From NCBI GenBank assembly GCA_964187785.1, contig OZ076415.1, forward strand, positions 68,944,001 to 69,008,000: a DNA stretch of 64,000 nt, read 5' to 3'. Each line of letters begins with the position of its first letter. Within the stretch, counting starts at the first letter, position 1. The notes under the pieces are model-generated. The model was not told where the DNA came from. It ran no database searches and saw nothing but the letters and a program-made list of their open reading frames with translations. The position numbers and the translations under genes are program-made. Positions 11,999 through 25,266 of this stretch are shown in pieces. The DNA is from Amphiscolops sp. MND2022 (lineage: Eukaryota).

Positions 11999-12285
11999 AA
12001 CAAGCCGGGACCGGACCAAGTTTAAGGCTCAAAAATAGCAAAAGCACTTCAAAATGTCAAAGTATTGATAAATTGGGGACCCTTTTATGAAACAATTTTT
12101 TACGCGGGAAACATTGGTTCAGTTCCTTGGGCCAACGGGTACAATTTGGCGTCTTCTTAAAATTTGGTAGAACTTTTGGTAAGCTATTTTGGTCACTTCA
12201 GGTGTATCGAAAAAAAATATATAAAAACACTGACGAAAAGCCATGACTATAGTCTGCTCTTTTCAAGAAAAGCGCCGACTAAAAA
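11999..12285 (-). mobile_element. HINE-like repeat, short copy
   Basis: Same termini with an internal deletion; begins 27 nt after a TRPN1 donor. Confidence 0.55.
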
Positions 12286-13690
12286 TTTTGAAACTTGTCT
12301 GTCTGTTACGCCCATTCTCCGAGGAAAATTATCGTAGGAAGCCAATTTTTTGCAGACATGTAGGAATAAAAACGTAGGAGGTTTTGCACCAAAAACGGGG
12401 TTTTAAAATTACTTCATTCTCAAGATATCTCATTAAAATCTCACCAAAAAATTTTTCAGACGAATCACAATAGTTTGTCGACAAAATCAAGTTATTTCCT
12501 ACGCCTTGTTCAAAAATTACCCCTGAACAACTAAGTGTGAGGCACTTGCAAGGCAAGCTGATTGATTTCAGAGAGTATATGAAAATAGAAATATTGATAA
12601 TAGAAACGAGGATATAAGGCCCGATAAGCTCTTGCAATCAATGGAAATTTTATCGGGGGAAATGAATCTCAGGTTATTCCAAGAGATGGACTCACTCATG
12701 AGTGTCATGCAAGCACAGGTAAGATGGGACAATCAATTCTGCGATCTATGACAGAGTGATTACTGTAATGAAAAGTATAGAGGGAAAATTGCCTTTGAGA
12801 GAAACAATGATGTCGACGTACACTTGTCTTCAGGGTCCCGCGATCGGCCGGATGGCGGATGGGTCTCAAACAAACCTAACAAAGAAGGGAACTTTTTCCT
12901 TTTCCCCCACACTTTTCAAGATGATGTTTTTGCAATTAATTATATCTCAATTGCGTTTCCAATGAAACAGTTCAGTTTTAAATTTATTCTCAGGGTGATA
13001 GTTTAGGATTCAGATACAAACTTTGTTCACACTTTTCCCTATGTAGTCACGCATTTTTGATGAAGAAATGAACAGCTTCCTGTTTTGAGTCATCAATAAA
13101 CACTCAATACGAACATAATTAGTCAAATTGTGTGAACAATGTTTTGTTCAAGCGGAAAACTACTCTAATAGTTTGGAGACTACAAAACAAAGGAAAAGAC
13201 TTATTCGAAGAAATATTGAATGATATAGTCAAATATAATCCTTTATGTTGAGTTTGTTTTCTTTAAAAAGTGTGTGTGTGTGGGGGGGGGGAAGGAAAAA
13301 GAGCCAAAGAAGAATTCCCGCTCTTTTTTCGATATTAGGGGTCACGCAGACCTAGGTCCTTACAATCCATTTTTCGGGGCAAAATTCAGCGAATATGTAG
13401 CCCAAGTTCTTGCAACATTTTAAACGCAAAACCAAAACCGCTAGGTGAAATAGATTCGTATAAATAGATATTTGAAGAGACAAATATGCCAAATGTCACA
13501 AATGTCCGAAAGAAACAACAATTTGTCGATTTATCGCCACGGTCGAAGCTCAGAAATATCAAGAACATTGTTTAATATTAGCCCAACTGTTTTTTTTATA
13601 AAATTCGTATGAAATTTTAATTACAATTGTTTTTTTTGAAAATGTTGCAATTCATTCATTTTTGACTAGAGTGTCTTTTTATTTGTTCAG

Positions 13691-13819
13691 AACGGAGAAA
13701 ATGCTCTTCACATTGCAGTTCGGTACTGTCGACTGTCTATAGTCGAAGAGCTGCTCAACTTCCTCACTAAAGACCGGACACGCAGCGAAGCAGTGCTGGT
13801 GGTGAACGCCCCAAATATG
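13691..13819 (+). CDS. TRPN1: TRPN1/NOMPC ankyrin exon (NGENALHIAVRYCRLSIVEELLNFLTKDRTRSEAVLVVNAPNM)
   Basis: ttgttcag / GTAAGA, 129 nt, phase 0. Confidence 0.92.
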
Positions 13820-15714
13820 GTAAGAATACCACCTTTTCACTGATTCTTTACATACCAACACATGTATTGTAGATGGTTAACGTTAAACTTTGCCCTGTAG
13901 AGATAATAAATATGACTCACTGTGTTCGGGAAAGGATTCTGAATGGTGCTGGTAAAAATGACAAAACAGAGTTTAATCCAAAACATCTGAATCGGTTTGA
14001 ATCCAACGTAGGTTCTATAGTTTTTGTTGATGAGTTATTCGGAAGACTGCGAGATGAAATTGGCCCTGAAGTTTGAAAAAATGTCGAGACAATATTTTCA
14101 AATACCTAATGGTGTTTCTGGTACCGCGTGTCCTGAAGCCGCTCTTTGAGCCATTACATGATTTTGCACAGACAGATATTCCGGGATTGTTCAAAAATTG
14201 GATAGTCATAAATTCAGTTTTTGAAAATGAAATTAGATGATTAAAAAGTGCTCTACGAAAGAAACACGCCCCTTATTTGAAGTTTTAAAAAAGATTTTGT
14301 GCGAATCTGTACAGATCTGTACAGATACTTGCAGATATTCCAGGATTTGTTAAAAATTAACCATACGAAAATGACCAAAAAATTACAATAACGTATTCCG
14401 AGTTTCCAGCAAGTACTATAGCTACTCCAGCAAACCATGTTCCCGAAATATTACAACCACAGCACTTTATCAACACATACAAACAATATACAAATCAACA
14501 CATGTCAAATTTTATCCGTCAAAACAAACGAAGTCAATATTACAAACGAGCCTCTCAAGTTCAACGACCACTTCAGAAAAGTTCAAGTGAAATGGATAAA
14601 TTACAGTGTATAACCAATACCGCACATTTCCAAGACACTAAATTACCGTGATGGAGACTAATTTTCCTTCTCGAGAATTTTGAATGATGGAGAGTTTCAA
14701 CTGACTGTGAAGTAGTTGAAGTCCAAAAATGCAGTAATTTGGTTCCTTAGAAGCTGCAGAAAAACTTATTTCTGCAAAAATATTTAGAGAAAATCTGCAC
14801 ACTTCTGTAAAGATTCTGCAAATCTGTATGGTTATTCAAGATTCAGTGCAACGATCTTTGCAGAACCCACCCTGCAAATCTGCACAGATTTGCAAAGGTC
14901 GAAAACCTGGGTAATCATCCATAATGAGAATCCATGATTAACCCATGAAGATTCATGACAGAAAGTTACATGTTTTGTCAACCATGGAAATTTAAGCAAC
15001 TCGAAGATAGGTTCTGCATTTCAACAAAAATTAAAAGAGGATTCAAGCGGAACTAAATTGTGTTTACCAAAATGTTTCATGGTAAAACATGAGAAAACCC
15101 GAACCAGATTCATAACGTCCTAACTGTAAAACAAAGTTTGGTACAATTTAGCCTATCGTGTTTCATTTTTAGACGTGGATCTACTAATTCCAGGTCACCA
15201 ATTTGATCACCATTTTTTCAAGCTGTGTTTGATGCGGATGTGCACACACATTTCAAACGAGGGAAATTGAACCATTTCTGAAGACTTTCCACAAAACGTA
15301 ATTTCAAAATGATTAACCATTTCCAATTGTATGTTTTTTTTCTCAGTCACATTTTTGTACCATACAAAAGCAATAATTGTTAACGTGACGTTTACTTTTC
15401 ATTAATATTTCTGCGTGAGAACAAAATTTTCTTTTTTCCAAACTTTTATCGTCCCTTTTTCATCAACCATTCTCGTAGCATTGAGGCAGCGTTTCCGTTG
15501 AGATGAAACGAACGGGTGGTAAATATTGGTACGCAGAGAGCTTCACCTACATTCGAATACAAATGCGAAACGTAACATTCGCTTAGTAGTTGTATTTTAT
15601 TTTGTTGTATTAGCAAAACTTATAGTCCGAGAAGAAATCAAAGGATCTTTAGCTATTACATTGAATAATTGAGCTACATCAGAAATTAACCGGAGTGTAT
15701 AGGTATTTCAGATG

Positions 15715-16243
15715 TTTTTAGTCGGCGTTTTCGAAGAAAATCCCGACTCTTACAGTGGCTAGTTTTTTTTCGTCAGTTCAACGCGAAACGTCCACTTTTT
15801 GTGCATTAATGCACATTTACCAACTTTTACCATATGTACTTAGTACTTCATTTTCAACGCATCCAAAGCGTCTAACTTGAGATAAAAAGCCATTCCAAAG
15901 CAGAAGGGTCGACTTTTTTCGACACTATGAGACTTTCCTCCTTTTTTCGGCACTGTGAGACTGTTTTTTTTCCGAAATTTTCTTTTTTGTTCCTCATCAA
16001 TTTTTGATATTTGCCTCAGAATGGATGTTCAAAAAATCCCAAAGCGTCCCCCCTTTTACATTTTTCGGCACTATGCGACTTACCGGAAACCAGAAAAATT
16101 TCGAAAAAAAATCGGAATTTTTTTTCTCAATTTTTAGTTTTTTGAGAGCTTTTCTTGTCTCCAGTTGTAGAAAAAGTGGTTTTCGTTTTCGAGTCTTTCT
16201 GAGCTTTAGATATGGCGCCGACTTGGGCCGTTCCCGGCTTGTT
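15715..16243 (+). mobile_element. HINE-like repeat
   Basis: TTTTTAGTCGGCG ... GGCGCCGACTTGGGCCGTTCCCGGCTTGTT. Confidence 0.6.
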
Positions 16244-17793
16244 AATATTAAACAATGAAGTTAATGCTGATTGTATTTTAAAGGAAAAATATTACTTAGC
16301 CCCTTAGGGGTCTATTCTACCATCATTTAATGCACGAGATCTTGCTATAAATAGAATGAATTATTGAAAGAATCGCAATGTTTCTGAATTCTGGTTCAGT
16401 TTCAAAACAACTGCTTTCTAAAACTCTATTCAAAATCAATAGAAATTGATCACATGAAAAAAAAACGAAATAATCACAATAATCACAACAAAATTGAAAA
16501 TGAAATAATCACAATAATCACAACAAAATTGAAAATGAAATAATCACAATGGAATCAGCACACAAAATTGGTGGAACATATCTTGATACAAGTTTCAATC
16601 AATCGCAAGTGAGATTTAAACTGGTTAAGAATTCAGAAATTACAAAATCATTGGAATTCAAATTTGATTGAATCATTGAAATTCCGTTTCACACATAATC
16701 ATCGGGTTGGAAAACTCAAATTTTATATTGAAAATTTTGATGGTTTTTTCTCATATCCTTCATCACAAGACAGGGAAAACTCGCCAAGATCATGGAAAAA
16801 TTTGCTCGAATATTGGAATCTTTTCTCGAGTTTGAGTCATTACATTCACAGGTCTATTTAGCGATTTTCGATGAATCTTGCAAGTTTTTCATGTTTTTCG
16901 AAAATGTCTACTGGATTGATTCCACAATCCAAGGTCTGAAAGTTGAGGATACGATTCTTGTTTTCCATTGTTGTTATTAAGAGCCCAAAAATGTCAAACT
17001 GGTGCATATCTTCGGCAGTGATTTCGTCCTCAAATGAGGACAGCGTTTTTTTTCGCAATCAATAATAAATTACGAAACGCAAAAAGCATAGAGGAAAACG
17101 AAAAATTGTCTCTCTTATCGACAATTTATTGGACTACCTGGGGCGAGTTGTTATTTGCGTCAATATAGTTTGTTTTCCGAACCACCGGCAAAAAGGTAAC
17201 TAAAAAAAGTGAAAATTTGCAAAAAAAATACTTTTCAGAAAATTAATTTTTCTCAATAACACAGCAACTGTTTGGTAAGTTACTGTCCCACTCTAGTAAC
17301 ACAGTTTGCCACCATTGAAACCGCATATAGAAGTTTTCTTCAATGAAGCTTCAGCGAAAACGTCGACCGGCATTGGAAAGGATTTGAATTTCCCTATTTT
17401 TTGTCACTTTTTCAACTTCTCGGTGACCTGTCGAGGTTATACCGTTTGGTTTGTTCTTGGTGTGTTTTTTCTGACAAACTTCAACTTTTTTTTATTATTA
17501 AGTGAACCCAAAAAATGGCTTGAAAATGTGATTCTTCAAGATAATAATATTTGTAGACAAGACTCTTAAAGATCTTTCATTTTTCGTCAATCATTGGATC
17601 TCCTATTACGTAATCATAATTTTTGAATAAGGATGAATAAAGCTTCAAAATATTTTTGGGAGTGCGAAAGATTTCATGCAAGGCATTTTCTTTGCTTCAC
17701 ACAGCACGGTTTGAAAATCAAACATTTGAAATCTTGAATGGCTTTTCGATGCTTCACTAACTCAAATCATTGTTCTATTTCTTGGTTTGAATA

Positions 17794-19848
17794 TGTTGTA
17801 TTCTTATCGGAAGTGAAAAAAATATCTTTCGTAAAATTGAACTGTTTTGAATCAAGCTTTTTTTACTACTGATAAGTAGTCTCATCTGCACTTAAGTGGC
17901 AGGAACAGGTAGTGTACAAACACAAATGTATAAAAACTAAAAGTACAAAGGCTAGACTAATTAGTTTGTATACAAATAAGTTCTGTCTAGTGTCCTCTAT
18001 ACTACACTCCCCCCTCCACTATTAGTCGGTGTTCTGCCAATGGGAAGAAGGTGTTGGTTGTTTGTCTTCTGGCGGTTGTTCCTCCAGAGGTCCATTTGTT
18101 GGTGGACGGTTGACCGTTCCTGGCTTTTGATGTTGTTACGGTTTGTGTGCTTCCGTAACGTCTGTATCTTGTCCGGTTGATGGGTTATTGTGGTCTGTTG
18201 TTTCCATTCTCCGGTTGCGCATTTGGTTGACCCAGTGTGTTGTCCGAGTTCAGCTCTTTTACGGTGTTTCCTGTAATCATGACAAATAGGATTATTGTAT
18301 CCAACAATAGGATTAGGTTTGGTCAGTCTTTTTGATCTGCGAACACTTTTTTCTTCTTCAGTTTTTATGTCCGCTTCAATTTCAGTACTTGATCTTAAAT
18401 TACTGGCTAGCTCTAAATCAGATGTTTCTAAATTGTCCTTCAGGTTCGTGTTAGAGTTAATGGGTACCTTACCGTTTTCGTCTCTAATAAAAAGTTCTTC
18501 GGCTGTTTTCGCATCTTGAATGGCTTGGTGAATTTGTTTCTGTCATGTGGCCAGTGTTTATTGTAAGTGGGCCCATGTTGTCGTCTAATGCCGGTATTTT
18601 CCCCGGGGTTTCTAGGGGAGAACCTGGACTGGTGCGGTCTCTGGTGATCTTCGGTTTGCCTCTTCGTGTTGTTGTGTAACTTTGAAACTTCAAGTTACTT
18701 GCTTACTGCGCCATGTTGTATTCTTATCGGAAGTGAAAAGAATATCTTTCGTAAAAATGAACTGTTTTGAATCAAGCTTTTTTCTACTACTGATAAGTAG
18801 TCTCATCTGCACTTAAGTGGCAGGAACAGGTAGTGTAGAAACACAAATGTATAAAAACTAAAAGTACAAAGGCTAGACTAATTAGTTTGTATACAAATAA
18901 GTTCTGTCTAGTGTCCTCTATACTACACTCCCCCCTCCACTATTAGTCGGTGTTCTGCCAATGGGAAGAAGGTGTTGGTTGTTTGTCTTCTGGCGGTTGT
19001 TCCTCCAGAGGTCCATTTGTTGGTGGACGGTTGACCGTTCCTGGCTTTTGATGTTGTTACGGTTTGTGTGCTTCCGTAACGTCTGTATCTTGTCCGGTTG
19101 ATGGGTTATTGTGGTCTGTTGTTTCCATTCTCCGGTTGCGCATTTGGTTGACCCAGTGTGTTGTCCGAGTTCAGCTCTTTTACGGTGTTTCCTGTAATCA
19201 TGACAAATAGGATTATTGTATCCAACAATAGGATTAGGTTTGGTCAGTCTTTTTGATCTGCGAACACTTTTTTCTTCTTCAGTTTTTATGTCCGCTTCAA
19301 TTTCAGTACTTGATCTTAAATTACTGGCTAGCTCTAAATCAGATGTTTCTAAATTGTCCTTCAGGTTCGTGTTAGAGTTAATGGGTACCTTACCGTTTTC
19401 GTCTCTAATAAAAAGTTCTTCGGCTGTTTTCGCATCTTGAATGGCTTGGAGAATTTGTTTCTGTCATGTGGCCAGTGTTTATTGTAAGTGGGCCCATGTT
19501 GTCGTCTAATGCCGGTATTTTCCCCGGGGTTTCTAGGGGAGAACCTGGACTGGTGCGGTCTCTGGTGATCTTCGGTTTGCCTCTTCGTGTTGTTGTGTAA
19601 CTTTGAAACTTCAAGTTACTTGCTTACTGCGCCATGTTGTATTCTTATCGGAAGTGAAAAGAATATCTTTCGTAAAAATGAACTGTTTTGAATCAAGCTT
19701 TTTTCTACTACTGATAAGTAGTCTCATCTGCACTTAAGTGGCAGGAACAGGTAATGTAGAAACACAAATGTATATAAACTAAATGTACAAAGGCTAGAAT
19801 AATTAGTTTGTATATAAATAAGTTCTGTCTAGTGTCCTCTATACTACA
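17794..19848 (-). mobile_element. Non-autonomous Ty3/gypsy mini-element in tandem (LTR-int-LTR-int-LTR)
   Basis: LTRs 17794-18006, 18714-18927, 19635-19848 (TG...CA on the - strand); PBS TGGCGCAG; PPT GGAGGGGGGAG; two 707-bp internal copies; TSD GAATA at 17789-17793 and 19849-19853. Confidence 0.92.
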
Positions 19849-22754
19849 GAATAAGAAAACAAAGGTTTTTATTTAAAATCTTCTAACAAAGTATTGTCAA
19901 GCGATCTATTTCTGACTAAGCTATCTGTAACAAATGATATAGTTTCGGTACGAAATGAGAGTACGATGTTTACAAACATGTATAAACATAATCTTGGTAG
20001 CTCTAAGAAAAGATCTAAGTTTGATTGACAATGTCACCGAAAGATCGATCCGGTATATGTACCGTATTACAATCATCACATTAGTTTGAAATAGTGGACT
20101 GTGGATTCGCTTTTTTCACAATAGAGTCCTAATTATCGGTTTGCCGAAAGATTCTTTTGCATTCCCTAGTTGAAAAATTCACTTTTTTTGCAAAATTCTT
20201 ACAAAAACTCTTTAAGAAAATGCTTGTAACTAAAACTTCGGCTAAAAATGGTATATAAAATTTTACAAAACTCTCACAAAATTTGCATTGTTCCACTTGA
20301 GGAAATATTGAAAAAAGTCGGTGCTAACCTATTAATCAGAAAAAGTCATGGGGGCGAATAATGGTACCATTTCCATACTCTCAACCTTAGCCTTTCGCAA
20401 CAAAAGGATGATCCCATCTCTCTCAAAAAGCAGTGATTTCAGACTTCAGACAATAGAATGTTTAAGGGATTCATCTTCCAGTCACGCAATCACATCCGAT
20501 ATGGATAATTGTTTGGGGGAAAACCATGAAGCTTCCCTCATTTTTTAAAGTTTTCCAACCAATCAAAATTGTCTATTATAAAAGATTGTACAATTATCTC
20601 TTTCCTTCCTTGATGAAAGCAATAACAGCAACGACAAGACAACCTGCGGCAGTTTTTCCTTCAAAACTCAACCCAATGCTCAAATGTTTCCTTTGAAATG
20701 ATCCCTAATTCAAATCCGCAGCCAAACATAGTAAATAGTTGCGTTATTTAGTACGCTAGAACAGAAAACCAGTTCCCAAAAAATTGGAAAGTGTACGAAT
20801 TCGAACACAGAGTATCTGAAGCTTCAAACTTTCATCTGAAAGAAGGCCTGCGGAAAATGTGCTCAAAGAAAACGTGCCTCAGAAAAGTGTCCGAAAACAT
20901 ACGAAACAGTCTAATTCTTCAAATTTTTACAAACTTGAAGGATTTTTGTAATTGTGGACCTTAAGTGACCTACTGATTAAGCTGACTAACATCCAGTAGA
21001 CGTTGATGAGACATGTAATCAAAGCGGAATGACTTCAAGCCGACTCTAAGTTGACGTGTTAAACACGGTAGTTGTCCGACGGTGCTTTTCACCGACCGTA
21101 CAATTGGCTGACAAATTGAATTAAGAACACCAAGAATAGACTTAAAACGGAGTTTATACCATAAAAACAATAAAATAGGTTTCCATAGAGGTCAGGAAAT
21201 GAAGCTGATCTTGCCCCCGAATCAGTTCACGTTTTGCATCATTTTATATTTAAAATAGTGAATAAGTTACATGTTGTCCACAAACAAACTTCTGATACAT
21301 AACTGACTTTTGATTCGATGCGAGCTATAGTTGCATAACAAAATAGAGAAATTTTTCACTGATATCCAATCATATTTATTTAGGAAGGCTAACTGCACGA
21401 TCAGCCAGTTGAGCAGCCGGCCAATTGCACGGTCGCTGTTCGAAATATATCTAGTATAGGTATTATAGTAGTGCGGACATTGAACGTCGAGCAGAAACTT
21501 ACATTTCAATTGGTTTTCCCGAAAGGTTTCGTGGACAAACATTTCGTAAGTTTTCAGAATTTTAGTTTGTTTGTAAAATCGTTAAGGCTGTCAAAATAAC
21601 GTTTGAAAACAATTTCCCCAAGCAAACGGTGCTGCGTTTGGTCAATAATTTACAATTTGCTTTTGTGGCACTCCCATAGTTTATTAGACCATAATTGACG
21701 ATAGCTTTAGCATGAGCCACAAAATGCTAAAAGACATTTCATTGGGTACATATACTAGACTCTGTACACCACTGCGCAGAATGTGTTCAATTTTTTGCTA
21801 CGTAGCTGATATGTTAACGAAATTTGAGGGCCCGAATGAATCCCTGAGCACTGAGTGTGATTTGTCAGGTATGTATCAATTTTGAACTATGGAGGTTTGC
21901 CATTACCAATAGAAAAAGTTTCGCTTTTCAAAGAATTGGTGAAAAGTTTGTTACGAGCAACTCCATTGGTCATTTTGTTTTTATAGTTTTGCATCTCCAA
22001 TAGATTACATTTGGAACAAAAAAGTTGTCTGCAAGTATTGCGGTTTTATATTTCGTTAAACAAGGATCAGACAGGTCATGGATATAATTTACTAAAGGAA
22101 TGATAAATTTAAAAATTGAATGTAAAGTTGAAAACAAAAATGAAAGATTTAGATAAAGAAAGGTCATTCTATGATGACTTTTTGTTAGTCAGTGTCTAAA
22201 GAAAACATTTTCAGAAGGATTTTTAGAACTCTTACTCATATATGTTTTTCCCGTCTTTTCTTCTCGTTTTTTTTCGAGATTTAGTTCCGGATAATTCGTA
22301 TAATGACAAACTCCCGTTCTTATTTCCCGTTTTTTTTCGAGATGTAGTACTGGATAATTCGAATATTGTAGCACAATATTGTAACAACAGTTTCGTTGAT
22401 TCTATTGAACTCAATTTCAAAACAACAAACACGATTGTTTTTTTTCGATCGAGACTTCGATACACTTTCGGTTAACGACTCAAATTTATCACGACTCAAT
22501 TTTTTGCACAATTAGGCCTTTATCTTTGCTTTTTGGTAGTATATGTTTTCAGGTTTAATTGAAATAGTGGAAGCTATTTTGTAATACAACAAAATTTTCC
22601 CATTTATGCTTCCTGATATTTCCGTATTTTGTAAAGAATTAGCATGTATGTTTCCATTCAGCAAGTACAAAGTTAAAGTGATCTTGACTGGGGATAGTGA
22701 TAGTTCTGAGTAAATAGATGTGGTACCTAGAAGTACCCATGACATAAGTATATT

Positions 22755-23080
22755 TCAAGGCTGGGTGTTTTTGATTGAAGGAAAAACGTTACCAGCTGCT
22801 AATAACAGCCCCACCCATATCAATGCAAAGTAGGCCATATAGAAATGTTTGCGATACTCGTGGTAAGTTACCACTCCCAGAACTGCTGTCAATAGAGCGA
22901 ACACCGCAAATATCACATTGAGTATCAGTGACGCAAGCAGACAAGCTGGGTTAGCACAGCAACAGAACGAGACGATAAACAGAATCATGCAAGTTACAGC
23001 CAAGATTGCAGCCAGCCAATGGGAAATGAAAGTTGCTTGTTCCACGTCCCGGAGGTATTTGAATTTTGCATAGAACATGT
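22755..23080 (-). CDS. Probable exon 2 of the same tetraspan protein (TM2-TM4, stop)
   Basis: Three hydrophobic segments, CCC cluster after TM2, 'YMAYFALIWVG' like the claudin TM4 start. cccag acceptor is phase-compatible with exon 1; two other in-phase AGs lie 9 and 12 nt further 5', and the pyrimidine tract is weak. Confidence 0.55.
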
Positions 23081-24267
23081 CTGGGCATTCTCCTTTATTC
23101 ATGCAGCATCAAACATGTTTTTTTTTCACAAGTTTTTAGTGGTGTTTCCCGCGCCTTGAAGGTTCCTAGATTGTTTATTTTGTAGAATTTTATAAAATCA
23201 TGGAAAATTAGCTTGGTAACCTACAAAAACATGTAAGTAAAAAGTTCAAGCAGTTCCAACCAGGGATGTTGAATATCTTGCCAAGATCTGGCACGTTATC
23301 TTGAATGTTTTGTCAAAAAATTTTAAACTGCATCTTGATTAGGTTAACCTACCCAGCGTTTGACATCTTGAATATATTGGTAAGATTTTAGATTTCATCT
23401 TGTATATCTTGACAAGATCTTGGATCTTGGAAATCTTGGTGAGATCTTGGATCTTGAAAATCTTGGTGAGATCTTGGATCTTGGAAATCTTGGTGAGATC
23501 TTGGACTTCATCTTGGATATCTTGAAAAGATCTTGGATTCTATCTTAGATTTCTTCGAAGATCTTGCCAGAACTTGCAAGATCTGGAAAGAGCTTGGGAT
23601 GATCTTGGCAAGATATTCAAGATGTCGAACGCTGTAAAATCTTGGGGACCTTTCTGTTATTTAGACAACAGAACCTTTCTGTTTAGACAACCTTTTTGAA
23701 TATCGACATCCCCCCACCAAAGTTGGCATAGAACACCCAAATCTTGAATATTTTGGAAATCTTCACTCGCTCTTGCATTCTATCTTGGAATCATTCGAAG
23801 ATCTTGGCAAGATGAACAAATTGTCAACTGGGATCCCTCAGGCTCGAAAACGCTTTTCCGTCCTCAAAATTATATAAACACCAAAATGAAATACCAAAGT
23901 GGAATGGATTTTTTCTCGATTAAATAGCACAAAAAAGCAAAATAAAACGCAAAGGGTCCTTTTGTGTCATAACACTGAAAAATCAAAAGTGAAAAAATGA
24001 AAAAATAGGTCGCCTGAAAGTGAACCCCGGACTTCCTGTATGGAAAGCTCACTCTCTAACCATTGCGAGAAACAACTTGTAAAACATTGTAACTTTGTAA
24101 AAATGTTTTGTCACTTTGACCGGAATGGGAAAAATGAAGAAACAGACGAACTACTATCATATTAACCTCGTTTTTTCCATAACGTGCCAGCTTAAACTGA
24201 ATAGAACATTGCATTCCATTCTGTGTTTTTATCTGTCGATCGTATCTCATGCATGGACCTTTTGCCC

Positions 24268-24950
24268 TTTTTTAGTCGGCGCTTCATGAAGTTAAGCGCG
24301 ACTATTATAGTGACTTTTTTTTCTATCCACATGAACTGACCAAAATAGTTCTTAAAAGTTCTACCAAATATTATGGTGTCAAATTGCACCATTTGGCCTA
24401 GCGAACTGGACCAAAAGGTTTTCCCTGTTTTTCTGCGTAACATACCATACCCCCCTTTCATTTTTTTCGGCACTGCGAGACATTTTTTGGGAATTTTTTT
24501 CCCAAAGGGTCCCCCTGCATTTTTTTGATGTTTTGCGACAGAATGGATGTTGAAAAATCCCAAAGGGTCCCCCCTTTCAATTTTTTTCGGCATTGTGAGA
24601 TTTATTCCCGAGAATTAAAAAAAAATTTCTTAAATTTTTTTATGTTTTGCGACAGAATGGATGTTGAAAAACCTCAAAGGGTCCCCCCTTTCAGTTTTTC
24701 GGCATTGTGAGACTTTTTAAATTTTTTTTTCTCCAAAGGGTCCCCCCTTCAACTTCGACAAAAATGTTGACAATTTCGGAAGTGTCCCCCGTTTAGCGCG
24801 CCAGGGGCTCGCGCTAGCGGGACCCGGCGCGCCACTCGGTCCATTTTTTTGCTTTTTCGATTTTCGAGTACTGTAAATTGACACTTGGAAGTCCTTTTGC
24901 TATTTTTGAGCCTTGGATATGGCGCCAACTTGGGCCGGTCCCGGCTTGTT
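24268..24950 (+). mobile_element. HINE-like repeat
   Basis: Same termini as the other copies. Confidence 0.6.
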
Positions 24951-25266
24951 TGCTTTCACAAAAAATCCCTTACTTCATTTCTACTTTACACTCAAAGATG
25001 AGTAGAATTTTGGAGCTACTTTAGTGATTGCTACTTCTTTATCAGTCGAACGATCGCCGTTTTATTTGTCCTTTAGTCTGTTCACATTTTGAGCACAACA
25101 CAGATTTAGATCGGTATTATTGATTGAAAGTAAGTATAGTAGACCACTGGTTTTTAAAACTCACTTGTTTCTTATTTCTTTCAAATGAGTGAACGCGAAT
25201 GGTCGCTTTCAGTTAAAAGTATTCTCCAAAAAAGTGACAAAAAAACAAAATCACACAAAATATCGC

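Noticed and set aside
13873-22500. Short ORFs at 13873-14076, 16858-17058, 20970-21542 and 22242-22511 as extra genes
   Set aside because: No splice-consistent model or recognisable domain; probably old transposon debris.
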